From NCBI GenBank assembly GCA_963668645.2, contig CAXXWC010000019.1:160001-224000 (forward strand): a stretch of 64,000 bases of DNA, written 5' to 3'. Shown here piece by piece: positions 9,508-19,694 of this stretch; positions within the stretch are counted from its first letter, which is position 1, and the number at the start of each line of letters is the position of its first letter. This DNA comes from Desulfobacterales bacterium. GTDB lineage: Bacteria > Desulfobacterota > Desulfobacteria > Desulfobacterales > UBA2174. The notes under the pieces were generated by a model. The model saw only the letters and a list, made by a program, of their open reading frames with translations. It did no database searches and had not been told where the DNA came from. The position numbers were made by a program, and so were the translations under genes.

Positions 9508-11679
9508 ATGGACCGACTGGACGCCATCTTCAACCCCGCCTCCGTGGCCGTGGTCGGCGCATCCACCTCCCCCGGCAAGGTGGGCCACGACATCTTCGTC
9601 AACATCCTCAAGGGCGGCTTTACCGGCACCCTCTATCCGGTCAACCCCTCGGCACGCAGCGTGGCCAGCGTGCGGGCCTACCCGACGATCGCCGAGATCC
9701 CCGACAGCGTGGACCTGGCCATGATCATCGTGCCCCCGCGCGTAGCGCTCAGAAGCGTCGAGGACGCCATCGCCAAGGGGATCAAGGGAATCGTGATCGT
9801 TTCGGCCGGATTCCGCGAGGTGGGCGGCGAAGGCCTCGAGATCGAAAACCGCCTGGTGGCCATGTGCCGCGAGGCCGGGGTGCGCCTGGTGGGCCCCAAC
9901 TGCCTGGGGGTGATCAACCCGAATCCGCTGGTGCGTCTCAATGCGAGCTTCTCGGCCCGCATGCCCAAACCGGGCAACATCTCGTTCATCTCCCAGAGCG
10001 GGGCCCTGTGCACCGCCGTCCTCGATTTCGCCGCCGACCGGGAGTTCGGCTTTTCCAAGTTCATCTCCATCGGCAACAAGGCCGACGTGGACGAACTCGA
10101 CCTGCTGCGCTATCTGCATGCCGACCCGGATACCGAGGTCATCATGCTCTATGTCGAGGAACTGCGGCGCAGCGGTCGCGAGCTGATCGAGACCGTCAAG
10201 GAGATCACCGCCGGGGACCGGCCCACGCCGGTTTTGGCCATAAAATCGGGCCGAACCACCGCCGGGGCGGCTGCGGCGGCCTCCCACACCGGTTCCCTGG
10301 CCGGCAGCGAGGCCCTCTACGACGCCCTTTTCCGCCAGTGCGGGATCATCCGCGTCGATTCCATCGACGAGCTTTTCGACTTCGGATCGGCCTTCGCCTA
10401 CAAGAACGAAAGCGCCCTGGGCAAGCTGCGGCGCAAGGTGCCGGACGGCAACCGGGTGGCCATCGTGACCAACGCCGGCGGCCCGGGGATCGTGGCCACC
10501 GACATGACCGTCTCCACCGGGCTGCGCCTGGCCGAATTTTCCCAGGAGACCATCGAGGCTCTGGCCAGCCACCTGCCGGCGGCGGCCAACCTGCACAACC
10601 CGGTGGACGTCATCGGCGACGCGGCCCAGGACCGCTATGAAAACGCCCTTGCCGCCGTGATCCGCGACGAGAACGTCGACGGCGCCATGGTCATCCTCAC
10701 CCCCCAATCGATGACCAATGTCCTCGGCACGGCCGAAGCCATCGCCCACATCGCCCGGCGCAGCCACAAACCGATCATCTGCTGCTTCATGGGGGTGGTG
10801 GACGTCTCTCCTGGGGTCAAGTATCTCCAGGAGCACGGGATCCCGGTCTACCGGTTTCCGGAAAACGCCGCCAAGGCCTTCGGGGCCCTCTACCGCTACA
10901 GCCAGTGGCTCAACCGCCAGGTCCTGGCCCCCTTCTCCCTGAGCCATGATGTGAACCGGGCCAAATCGATCATTCAGACCTGCCTTAACCGGGGCCAGAC
11001 CTACCTGGGCGAGCTGGACGGCCTGGACCTGCTGGCCTGCTACGGCTTCAAAACCCTGCCCACCCAACTGGCTGCCAGCCCCGACGAAGCCGTGGAGGTG
11101 GCCGAAGAAATCGGTTTTCCGGTGGTGATGAAGATCGTCTCGCCCCAGATCGTGCACAAGAGCGACGCGGGCGGGGTGCGCGTCGGGCTGACCGACGCCG
11201 CGGCGGTGTCCGAAGCCTACGTGGAAATCGTTGCCAATGCCCGGCGCTTCGATGCCGCGGCGCGCATCGACGGGGTCCTGGTGCAGCAGATGGCGCCGGC
11301 CGGGGTTGAAGCCATCCTGGGGGTAACGCGCTATCCGGTCTTCGGCCCCCTTTTGATGTTCGGCCTGGGCGGGATCTTCGTGGAAGTCTTCAAGGACGTG
11401 GTCTTTCGCCTGGCGCCGGTGACACGCACCTCGGCCCGGCGCATGGTCCGCAGCATCCGCGGCTTTTCGCTGCTCGAGGGGGTGCGCGGGCGGCCCCGGG
11501 CCGACATCGAAAACCTGGAACGGATGCTCGTGAGCCTTTCCGACATGGCCCTGGACCATCCCCAGATCAAGGAGCTGGACATCAATCCGCTGCGGCTTCA
11601 CCCCCAGGACGAAGGCCATACCGTGGCCGACTGCCGCATCCTCCTGGATCCGGACGCCAAAACCGAGAGCGGGTCTTGA
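9508..11679 (+). CDS. ADP-forming acetate/acyl-CoA ligase (CoA-binding plus ATP-grasp)
   Basis: VAVVGAS, GPNCLG, SQSGA, SHTGSLAG, HKSDAGGV, ELDINP. Confidence 0.9.
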   Translation: MDRLDAIFNPASVAVVGASTSPGKVGHDIFVNILKGGFTGTLYPVNPSARSVASVRAYPTIAEIPDSVDLAMIIVPPRVALRSVEDAIAKGIKGIVIVSAGFREVGGEGLEIENRLVAMCREAGVRLVGPNCLGVINPNPLVRLNASFSARMPKPGNISFISQSGALCTAVLDFAADREFGFSKFISIGNKADVDELDLLRYLHADPDTEVIMLYVEELRRSGRELIETVKEITAGDRPTPVLAIKSGRTTAGAAAAASHTGSLAGSEALYDALFRQCGIIRVDSIDELFDFGSAFAYKNESALGKLRRKVPDGNRVAIVTNAGGPGIVATDMTVSTGLRLAEFSQETIEALASHLPAAANLHNPVDVIGDAAQDRYENALAAVIRDENVDGAMVILTPQSMTNVLGTAEAIAHIARRSHKPIICCFMGVVDVSPGVKYLQEHGIPVYRFPENAAKAFGALYRYSQWLNRQVLAPFSLSHDVNRAKSIIQTCLNRGQTYLGELDGLDLLACYGFKTLPTQLAASPDEAVEVAEEIGFPVVMKIVSPQIVHKSDAGGVRVGLTDAAAVSEAYVEIVANARRFDAAARIDGVLVQQMAPAGVEAILGVTRYPVFGPLLMFGLGGIFVEVFKDVVFRLAPVTRTSARRMVRSIRGFSLLEGVRGRPRADIENLERMLVSLSDMALDHPQIKELDINPLRLHPQDEGHTVADCRILLDPDAKTESGS

Positions 11680-12269
11680 ATCTCTTTGCCGTGATTCTCC
11701 CGGTGCCGGCCGATGCCGTTAACCGCTATGGCCGCGGACGGCATCGCCAATTGCAGACCCTGGCCCGCCAGGCGGTGCACCAGGCGGCCGCCCGCAACGG
11801 CCATCCGATCGAAAGGCTCGATCAGGAAGAAGGCGGCCGGCCCCTGCCCTGGGCCGGTATCCACTGGTCTTTGAGCCATAAGACCCGGTATGTGGCCGGG
11901 ATCACGGCTCCGGCGCCGGTGGGCATCGATCTGGAATGGGTGCGCCCCATGACCGCTGGGATGTATGCCCGGGTGGGGCGGTCTTTGGATTGGGACCTGC
12001 TTGGGGAGCGCACGCCGGTTTCCTTTTTCCGCCTCTGGACCGCCAAGGAGGCGGTGATCAAAGCGGTGGGCACGGGCCTGCGCGACCTGGACCGCTGCAT
12101 TCTGGTTGAGGCGGGGGATGATATCCTGGTCATGGCGCTCGGCGAAACCTGTTGGACGGTGCACCAGCGGGCCTTCGACGACCACCTGGCCGCCGTGGCG
12201 GCCGCCGGCGAGTACCGGGTGGTGTGGGAGCTGCCGCCATCCGCCAGCGATGGGGGAGGCATTCTTTAG
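11676..12269 (+). CDS. 4'-phosphopantetheinyl transferase (Sfp-type)
   Basis: WSLSH, VGIDLE, WTAKEAVIKAVGTG; TTG start overlaps upstream stop. Confidence 0.85.
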   Translation: MNLFAVILPVPADAVNRYGRGRHRQLQTLARQAVHQAAARNGHPIERLDQEEGGRPLPWAGIHWSLSHKTRYVAGITAPAPVGIDLEWVRPMTAGMYARVGRSLDWDLLGERTPVSFFRLWTAKEAVIKAVGTGLRDLDRCILVEAGDDILVMALGETCWTVHQRAFDDHLAAVAAAGEYRVVWELPPSASDGGGIL

Positions 12270-12482
12270 GCACGACGAGGGATCTCTTGCCGAATGCCGC
12301 CACTTCCCGCCCTTGTTCCCAAATGCAGATTCCTCCCCGCCAAGGCTCATCGGAATAGCAGCGGGAGCAGGATGGCATTCCGAGGCACGATGGGGGATCT
12401 GCAGTGGGGTAACAGGGCGGGAGGAATCCATAAAATTGACCTGCCTTTCCCAAAGCATTCCCGAATTCTGCCCCAGGGCGAA

Positions 12483-12511
12483 TTGACGCCGCCATGCGGC
12501 CCTGGTAGGAT
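12483..12511 (+). promoter_or_regulatory. Candidate sigma70 promoter
   Basis: TTGACG-N17-TAGGAT, about 60 bp before ATG 12573. Confidence 0.55.
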
Positions 12512-12572
12512 TCTTAAATCCTTCATCGACTGGCACCCTCGATCTCCAGCCCCCACTGAAAAGGAACATTTC

Positions 12573-14150
12573 ATGGACATCACCTTCCACGGCGCAGTCA
12601 GAGAGGTCACCGGATCGCTGCATCTTCTCACCCACGGCCGGGACAGTATCCTTCTCGACTGCGGCCTGTTCCAGGGCCGGCGCAAGGAAACCGCCGCCAA
12701 GAACCGCAGCCTGCCCCTTTCCCCGGAAAAGATCACCAACGTGGTGCTCTCCCATGCCCACATCGACCATTCGGGCCGCATCCCGGTTCTGACCCGTGGG
12801 GCTTTCGGCGGGCGGGTGGTCTGCACCCGGCCGACGCTGGACGCCTGCACCTACCTGCTGCCGGATTCAGGCCACATTCAGGAATCGGACGCCGACTACC
12901 TCAACTACAAGAGCATCCGCAATCTGCTCAGCAACCAGCGCCAGGATCGCGACGGGGTGAATATTCCCCGTTTCCAGCGCCAGGAATTGCAGGAACTGCT
13001 TAAAAAAGGCGCCCACAGGCTCGATCGCGATCGGATCGGCGAACTGATGGCCGAGTATCATCTCGATACCGTCCACCCCCTCTATACCCAGCAGGATGCG
13101 GAAAACGCCCTGGATCTCTTCGACGGATACCCGTACGGGTTTCCCGTTACCGTGGGCCGGGGGCTGACCTGCACCTTCTACGATGCCGGCCACATCCTCG
13201 GTTCGGCGGTGAGCATTCTGCAAGCCAGGCATCAGGGCCGCACGGTCACCCTGGCTTACACGGGCGATATCGGCCGCTACGATACCGCCATTCTCAACGA
13301 TCCGTGCCAGGACTTCGAACCCGAGCACCGGCGCATCGACCTGCTGGTGATGGAAAGCACCTACGGGGATCGATTGCACGAACCGGTTCAGGGGTTGCCC
13401 GACCGGCTGCGCCAGGTGCTGATCGAAACCCACGAACGCGGCGGGACCCTTCTGATTCCGTCCTTTGCCTTCGGCCGTACCCAGGAACTGCTCTACGTCC
13501 TGCACGGTCTTTACGACAGCGGCGCAGTGCCGCGCCTGCCGATCTTCGTCGACAGCCCCCTGGCCACCCGCATGACCCGGGTCTACGGGGAGCACCCGGA
13601 AGTCTACGATCAACAGGCCCACCGGACCTTTTTACGAAAGGGAAAGAACCCCTTCGATTTCAAGCAGGTCCATTTCGTCACGGCGGTGGAGGACTCCATG
13701 GCCTTGATGCGGGAAGAAAATCCGCACATCGTCATCGCCTCCTCGGGAATGTGTGAAGCCGGCCGGATCCTGCATCACCTGCGCTACAAGATCCACAATC
13801 CCAAGAACACCATCCTCATCGTCGGCTACATGGCCCAGCACACACTGGGCCGGCGCATCATGGAACAGGGCGAAGCCTATGAGGCCGGTGGGCGCCGGGG
13901 AGATGTCCCCATGGTGCGCTTTCTCAACAAAACCTATCCATTGCAGGCCCACGTGGTGCGCCTGGGCGGCTTCAGCGCCCATGGCGATAGAGATGAGATG
14001 GTGCGCTTTCTCAAATCCTCCGGCCTCGAAATCCGGCGCATCGCCCTGGTCCACGGCGAGGAAGACCAGAGCCTGGCACTGGCCGATCATCTGCGCGGCT
14101 TGGGCTATAACGTCGAGGTTCCCGAACCGGGACAAACGTTCACGATTTAG
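12573..14150 (+). CDS. MBL-fold beta-CASP ribonuclease-like protein
   Basis: GAVREVTGS, SHAHIDHSG, AGHILGS, MESTYGDR, FSAHGD, VHGE. Confidence 0.9.
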   Translation: MDITFHGAVREVTGSLHLLTHGRDSILLDCGLFQGRRKETAAKNRSLPLSPEKITNVVLSHAHIDHSGRIPVLTRGAFGGRVVCTRPTLDACTYLLPDSGHIQESDADYLNYKSIRNLLSNQRQDRDGVNIPRFQRQELQELLKKGAHRLDRDRIGELMAEYHLDTVHPLYTQQDAENALDLFDGYPYGFPVTVGRGLTCTFYDAGHILGSAVSILQARHQGRTVTLAYTGDIGRYDTAILNDPCQDFEPEHRRIDLLVMESTYGDRLHEPVQGLPDRLRQVLIETHERGGTLLIPSFAFGRTQELLYVLHGLYDSGAVPRLPIFVDSPLATRMTRVYGEHPEVYDQQAHRTFLRKGKNPFDFKQVHFVTAVEDSMALMREENPHIVIASSGMCEAGRILHHLRYKIHNPKNTILIVGYMAQHTLGRRIMEQGEAYEAGGRRGDVPMVRFLNKTYPLQAHVVRLGGFSAHGDRDEMVRFLKSSGLEIRRIALVHGEEDQSLALADHLRGLGYNVEVPEPGQTFTI

Positions 14151-14159
14151 CCAACGCTG

Positions 14160-14190
14160 GCATGTATCGATATGTTTCATTGATACATGC
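14160..14190 (+). terminator. Hairpin directly after the beta-CASP gene
   Basis: GCATGTATC...GATACATGC inverted repeat 10 bp after stop. Confidence 0.4.
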
Positions 14191-14528
14191 TTGTCTCACC
14201 TTTCACCGTAGGATTTCCCACAACCCTGAAAAAGGGGGCGTATCGCCTGCTGCTGATCCCATGACCATCTCACCATTGACCGTGCCAGGCGCGCTGCAGC
14301 GCGGAATCTGGCTCTTTTGCCGCCACTGTGTGCACCGTGGGAAATCCACATCCTGAAAATAGCGCCGGGGAAAAATCAAAAAGACCCAAACCCCGGATGC
14401 TGTTTTGGCGCAGGGGCCGGGTGTTTCATACGAGACAGCCGCCTGAGGGGTGGCGAAGTGTGCGGATTGTCAAAAATCAGTCAGAATTTACGGCAGGATA
14501 TCTAATTTCTTGAAATTTTAAAAATCGT

Positions 14529-14544
14529 TGGCATATATATTGAT
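14529..14544 (+). promoter_or_regulatory. Candidate sigma54 promoter (-24/-12 variant)
   Basis: TGGCATATATATTGAT (GG-N10-GA); IHF-like site at about 14503-14515; imperfect palindrome TGTTTCATACGAGACA at 14422-14437. Confidence 0.5.
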
Positions 14545-14621
14545 AATGAGAACTAAACAAAGTAGCGCGATGGCTGCCAGCTTGCAGCCGGTATCTTTCA
14601 CCGATTCGAAAGCCGTTACCC

Positions 14622-14831
14622 GTGAAGCCCTGCGACCACAACCTGCAAGAAGCGCTGGATCTGGCCGAAAAACTGATCGCCCTCTCTTTCAGGGGCGACG
14701 ACCAGCGGGAAGACAATGAATGCGGCATTCTTTACGGGGTGATGCGGGACGCCGGCTTTCAGATTCGCAATCTGGCTCAGCGTGAAGTGCACCACCACCA
14801 CCGGCGCAAGACGCGAAAAGCGGGAGGTTGA
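14622..14831 (+). CDS. Small hypothetical helical protein
   Basis: 69 aa, amphipathic helices, REDNECGILYGVMRD; downstream of candidate sigma54 promoter. Confidence 0.65.
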   Translation: MKPCDHNLQEALDLAEKLIALSFRGDDQREDNECGILYGVMRDAGFQIRNLAQREVHHHHRRKTRKAGG

Positions 14832-14941
14832 AACCCCACCTGCACAAATGACAGCGACCGCGGATGGGGAAAACGTGCAACTTTGTTTCCAAACCGGCGG
14901 ATCCTGAATCGATCCGCTAAACTCAGTAAAAGGAGGACAAC

Positions 14942-15517
14942 GTGCCAAGCATCAAGGGAACCCGTACCGAGAAAAATCTTTTGGCCTCATTTGCAGGCGA
15001 ATCCCAGGCCCGCAACCGCTACACCTACTTCGCTGGAGTGGCCCGCAAGGAAGGCTACGTCCAGATTGCCGACATCTTCGAAGAAACCGCTAATCAGGAA
15101 AAGGAACACGCCAAGCGCTTCTTCAAGTTCCTCGAAGGGGGCATGGTGGAAATTCAGGCGGCCTACCCGGCCGGCGTCATCGGTACGACGTTGGAAAACC
15201 TCAAGGCTGCGGCGGTCGGCGAGCACGAGGAGCATACCGACCTCTACCCGGAATTTGCCCGGGTGGCCCGGGAAGAGGGGTTTGTCGCCATCGCCATGGT
15301 TTACGAAGCGGTTTGCGTCGCGGAACGCCAGCACGAAAAACGCTACAACGACCTGGCCGCCAACATCGAAGCCGGCCGTGTCTTCAAACGCGAACAGCCC
15401 GTGGTCTGGCGCTGCCGCAACTGCGGTTACCTTCATGAAGGCGCCAGCGCACCGGAAATGTGTCCGGCCTGCGCCCATCCCCAGGCCCACTTCGAGCTGC
15501 TCGGGGAAAATTGGTAA
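14942..15517 (+). CDS. rbr: Rubrerythrin
   Basis: FAGESQARNRY, EKEHA, ERQH diiron motifs; WRCRNCGY...CPAC rubredoxin domain. Confidence 0.97.
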   Translation: MPSIKGTRTEKNLLASFAGESQARNRYTYFAGVARKEGYVQIADIFEETANQEKEHAKRFFKFLEGGMVEIQAAYPAGVIGTTLENLKAAAVGEHEEHTDLYPEFARVAREEGFVAIAMVYEAVCVAERQHEKRYNDLAANIEAGRVFKREQPVVWRCRNCGYLHEGASAPEMCPACAHPQAHFELLGENW

Positions 15518-15625
15518 CCGCGACAAGGACCCTGCACGATCGACGGCGGCATCCGGTGCCTGAACGGATCAAGCACCCGGCTGCCGGCAGGCCAAGAATC
15601 CAATACGTCAAAAAGGAGACATTCG

Positions 15626-16000
15626 ATGGCTGAAAGACTCGAAGTTTACAAATGTGAAGTATGCGGAAACATCGTGGAAGTGCTGCATGGCGGGGCCGGT
15701 GAGCTGGTTTGCTGCGGCCAGCCGATGGTCAAGATGACCGAGAACACGGTGGATGCGGCCAAGGAAAAGCATGTCCCGGTAATTGAAAAGATCGAAGGCG
15801 GCTACAAGGTCAAGGTCGGCAGCGTGGCCCATCCGATGGAAGAAAAACACTATATCGAATGGATCGAACTGATCGCCGACGGCAAGGCCTACCGCCAGTT
15901 CCTCAAACCGGGTGAAACCCCCGAGGCGGTCTTCATGATCGAGGCGGCCAGCGTCACGGCGCGCGAGTATTGCAACATCCACGGGCTGTGGAAGGCCTGA
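15626..16000 (+). CDS. dfx: Desulfoferrodoxin (superoxide reductase)
   Basis: [28 protein letters not shown]. Confidence 0.97.
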   Translation: MAERLEVYKCEVCGNIVEVLHGGAGELVCCGQPMVKMTENTVDAAKEKHVPVIEKIEGGYKVKVGSVAHPMEEKHYIEWIELIADGKAYRQFLKPGETPEAVFMIEAASVTAREYCNIHGLWKA

Positions 16001-16122
16001 AGCGTTCTCGTTTTTGATGCGGCCGGAAGGGACCCGGGGCCCGGCCGGCGCATCAAAATGCTAATATATCAACGCCCGGTTCCTTGCTCGCAAGGGGCCG
16101 GGCCCAACCCGAGGAGGCTCCC

Positions 16123-16278
16123 ATGGCAAGCTGGAAATGCCAGAACTGCGGCTACACTTTCGAGGCCGAAGCGCCTCCGGAAAAATGCCCGTCCTGCAAG
16201 CAGACTTGCGAATTCGTGGACAACACCTGCTATACCCCTGATTGTCAGCACCAGGGGACGGATCCGCGGATCAAGTAA
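16123..16278 (+). CDS. Rubredoxin-like small protein with extra Cys pair
   Basis: GAGGAGG RBS; WKCQNCGY..CPSC plus TCYTPDC. Confidence 0.8.
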   Translation: MASWKCQNCGYTFEAEAPPEKCPSCKQTCEFVDNTCYTPDCQHQGTDPRIK

Positions 16279-16363
16279 GCCCGGCGCGATTTGCACCCGC
16301 CGGGACCGGATCTGAAGAATTTGAACAGTCGTTTTTCCTGACGCGCAATTGGAGGGCCGATTG

Positions 16364-16801
16364 ATGGCCAACGCACTGATCGTCTATGCCACCCGAAGCG
16401 GCGAAACCGGCCGCATCGCCGAGCTGATCGCCGAGGGGCTCCGTTTCGGCGGCGCCCAGGCGACCGTCGTCAATGTCAACGAAATCAAGTCCGAAACCGC
16501 CCTGAATGGCTACGATGCCCTGGTCTTCGGCGCCCCGACCTATCACGGCGACATGACCCAGAGTATGAAAACGTTTCTCTTTCTGGCGGAAAAGGCCGAT
16601 CTGGCAGGCAAAGTCGGCGGTGCGTTCGGAGCCTTCGGCTGGAGCGGCGAAGCTCCTGACCGCATCTTTGATACCATGCGGCACATCTTCAGAATGGAGA
16701 TGGTCAACGGACCGCTACGCCTCAAGTCCAGCAAACTCGGCGGCGGCCTGCAGATGGCCCAGGACTACGGACGGCAGATCGCCAAGAAGCTCGGTCTGTA
16801 A
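16364..16801 (+). CDS. Flavodoxin-domain protein
   Basis: YATRSGET, GAPTY, FGAFGWSGEA. Confidence 0.9.
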   Translation: MANALIVYATRSGETGRIAELIAEGLRFGGAQATVVNVNEIKSETALNGYDALVFGAPTYHGDMTQSMKTFLFLAEKADLAGKVGGAFGAFGWSGEAPDRIFDTMRHIFRMEMVNGPLRLKSSKLGGGLQMAQDYGRQIAKKLGL

Positions 16802-16853
16802 ACCCGGCGCCCGGCGTGCCGGACGCCCGCCAGCCCTCAAAAAGGAGGTCGCC

Positions 16854-17039
16854 ATGTCTACGCCAAAACATTGTCCCGGCTTTGAACAGCACAAGTCCCT
16901 CAAGTCGTTCATATGCAAATGCCCGCAATGCGGTGTAGCGGCGGAGATCTTCTCCGATGAATTCGACCGGCCGCATACCTGCAAAGCCTGCGGCAAACCG
17001 ATCGACTTCACCCAATGCACCCTGGACGGACAGGCCTGA
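16854..17039 (+). CDS. Small Zn-ribbon-like Cys protein
   Basis: AAGGAGG RBS; HCPG, CPQCG..EIFSDE..CKACG. Confidence 0.75.
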   Translation: MSTPKHCPGFEQHKSLKSFICKCPQCGVAAEIFSDEFDRPHTCKACGKPIDFTQCTLDGQA

Positions 17040-17206
17040 TCCGCACGCGGCGCTGCGGGCCGATTCCGGCCGGCAGCGTGCTGTGAACACCTGGCTGACC
17101 TCTTCTTTTTGATGCGGAAAAAATCCGCCGGGATGGCTGCGGCCAGACGATGGCCGTACCGGTGGAACGCGCTGCCGGCTATAGACCGCCGGCCGAGGAG
17201 GATTTA

Positions 17207-18511
17207 ATGGATGTCGTGATGCTGTCGCGGCTGCAATTTGCGGCCGCCACCATGTTTCATTTTCTCTTCGTACCCCTCACCCTGGGATTGTCGATCCTGG
17301 TGGCCTGGATGGAAACACGCTACGTGCGCACCGGAGACGCCACCTATCTGCGCATGACCAAGTTCTGGGGCAAGATCTTTTTGATCAATTTCGCCCTGGG
17401 CGTGGTGACCGGCATCACGCTGGAATTCCAGTTCGGCACCAATTGGTCGCGCTATTCGGCCTATGTGGGGGATATTTTCGGATCTTTGCTGGCCATTGAA
17501 GCCTCGGTGGCCTTTTTTCTCGAATCGACCTTCATCGGGGTGTGGATCTTCGGCTGGAAACGTCTTTCGGCACGGGCCCATGCCACCGTGATGTGGCTGG
17601 TGGCCGCCGCGAGCAATATCAGTGCCCTGTGGATCCTGACGGCCAACGGATGGATGCAGCAGCCGGTGGGGTTCACCCTGCGCGACGGGCGGGCCGAGCT
17701 GGTCGATTTCGCCGCGGTGGTATTCAACAAGTTCGGACTGCTGGAGTTTATCCATACTTTAAGCGGCGCCTATATCCTTTCGGCCTTCGTGGTGATGGGC
17801 ATCAGCGCCTACCACCTGCTCAAAAAGCAGCATGTCGTTTTTTTCACCCGCTCTTTTCGCACCGCCCTGGTTTTTGGACTGGTCTTTTCGGTCTTCATCG
17901 TGATCAACGGTGACATGCACGCCGTGCACGTCACCGAGGTTCAACCGACCAAACTGGCCGCCATGGAGGCCCACTGGGAGACCACCACCCGTGCCCCGAT
18001 TCACCTGTTTGCCATCCCGGACGCCGAAAACGAACGCAACCTGATGCAGTTCGGCTCGATTCCGGGAGCGCTGAGCTTTCTCGGATTCCACGATCTGGAT
18101 GCCGAGGTTCGCGGGTTGAAGGACTTTCCCAAAGACGAGCGGCCGCCGGTATTGCCGACCTTCATCAGCTTCCGCGTCATGGTGGCCCTGGGCACCCTTT
18201 TCCCGATTCTGATGATCGCAGGTTGGTTCAAACGCAACCGTCTGGTGGAAAGTCCGAAGTACTTGAAAATCATGCTCTGGGCCATCCCCCTGCCCTACAT
18301 CGCCAACGAATTGGGATGGATGCTGGCCGAAGTGGGGCGCCAGCCATGGATCGTCTATGGGTTGATGAAGACTTCGGATGCCGCCTCACCGGTGGCTGCC
18401 GGCCAGGTCGGTGTGACCCTGGCGGCCTTTGTTCTGGTCTACGGACTGCTGGGCGCGGTCGGGTTTTTCCTGATGCGGCGCACGGCCATCGCCGGGCCGC
18501 CGGAAGCCTGA
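17207..18511 (+). CDS. cydA: Cytochrome bd ubiquinol oxidase subunit I
   Basis: SRLQFA..FHFLF, EFQFGTNW, QPTKLAAME, EVGRQPW. Confidence 0.97.
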   Translation: MDVVMLSRLQFAAATMFHFLFVPLTLGLSILVAWMETRYVRTGDATYLRMTKFWGKIFLINFALGVVTGITLEFQFGTNWSRYSAYVGDIFGSLLAIEASVAFFLESTFIGVWIFGWKRLSARAHATVMWLVAAASNISALWILTANGWMQQPVGFTLRDGRAELVDFAAVVFNKFGLLEFIHTLSGAYILSAFVVMGISAYHLLKKQHVVFFTRSFRTALVFGLVFSVFIVINGDMHAVHVTEVQPTKLAAMEAHWETTTRAPIHLFAIPDAENERNLMQFGSIPGALSFLGFHDLDAEVRGLKDFPKDERPPVLPTFISFRVMVALGTLFPILMIAGWFKRNRLVESPKYLKIMLWAIPLPYIANELGWMLAEVGRQPWIVYGLMKTSDAASPVAAGQVGVTLAAFVLVYGLLGAVGFFLMRRTAIAGPPEA

Positions 18512-18569
18512 TCCGGTGCAGCCTGCCATCCAACCATATGACCGTCTTTTTTGATCGGGAGAAGCAACC

Positions 18570-19601
18570 ATGGATTTGAATGCCGTGTGGTTTTTTCTGT
18601 GGGGCCTGCTGTGGGCGGTGTTTTTCATGACCGACGGATTCGACTTCGGTGTGGGCACCCTCTATCCGTTCATCGCCCGCACCGACACCGAGCGACGCGT
18701 AGCCATCAATACCCTCGGTCCCCTGTGGGACGGCAACGAGGTCTGGCTCATCACCGCCGGCGGGGTCACCTTTGCCGCCTTTCCGCTGGTCTATGCCGTC
18801 ATGTTTTCGTCACTCTATTCGGCGCTTATGCTGATTCTTTTCGCCCTGATCCTCAGAGGGGTGAGCTTCGAGTTTCGCAGCAAAATCGATGACCCGCGCT
18901 GGCGCCGCATCTGGGACGGGTGCATCTTCGTCGGCAGCCTGCTGCCCGGGCTGCTTTTCGGCGTCGCTTTTGCCAACATCTTTCAGGGACTGCCCATTGA
19001 CCGCGACGGGCTGCTCCACGGCAACCTGCTGACCTTGCTCAACCCCTACGGGCTTTTGGGTGGCGTCCTGTTCGTGCTCCTGTTCGTCCAGCACGGGGCA
19101 CTCTGGCTGGCATACAAAACCGAGGCAGACCTGCACCGGCGCGCGCACACGGTGGCCGTGCGCCTCTGGCCCCTGGTCCTGGTGATCGCGGCCATTTTCC
19201 TGGTCGCCAGCGCCTGGGCAACACCCCTTTACGACAATTACCTGGCCCATCCATTGCTGTTCATCGTGCCGGCTCTGGCCGTGGCGGCCCTGGCGGCAGT
19301 GCGGGTGCTGGTGGGCCGAAAGGCACATTTCAAGGCCTGGCTGGCCTCGGCGGGAACCATTGTGGCCTGCACATTTTTCGGTGTGATCGGCCTGTTTCCC
19401 AACATGTTCCCTTCCACGATCAACCCACGCTTCAGCCTGACGGCCTACAACGCGGCTTCCAGCCCGTTGACCCTCACCATCATGCTGGTGGTGGTGCTGA
19501 TGTTCATCCCGGTGGTGCTGATTTACCAGATCTGGGCCTACCGCCTGTTTCACCGCAAGGTGACCGAGGCGGATCTGACCAGCGGCGAAGCAGCCTACTA
19601 G
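18570..19601 (+). CDS. cydB: Cytochrome bd ubiquinol oxidase subunit II
   Basis: DGFDFGVG, WDGNEVWL, RGVSFEFR. Confidence 0.97.
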   Translation: MDLNAVWFFLWGLLWAVFFMTDGFDFGVGTLYPFIARTDTERRVAINTLGPLWDGNEVWLITAGGVTFAAFPLVYAVMFSSLYSALMLILFALILRGVSFEFRSKIDDPRWRRIWDGCIFVGSLLPGLLFGVAFANIFQGLPIDRDGLLHGNLLTLLNPYGLLGGVLFVLLFVQHGALWLAYKTEADLHRRAHTVAVRLWPLVLVIAAIFLVASAWATPLYDNYLAHPLLFIVPALAVAALAAVRVLVGRKAHFKAWLASAGTIVACTFFGVIGLFPNMFPSTINPRFSLTAYNAASSPLTLTIMLVVVLMFIPVVLIYQIWAYRLFHRKVTEADLTSGEAAY

Positions 19602-19694
19602 CCCCTGAAAGAGCGGTTTGACTTTGGCGGAAGGCTCTGGCAGAGTATTTCATCTGAGTGACAAGACACCTGCAAAGTGCCCAGGAGCGCCAAG

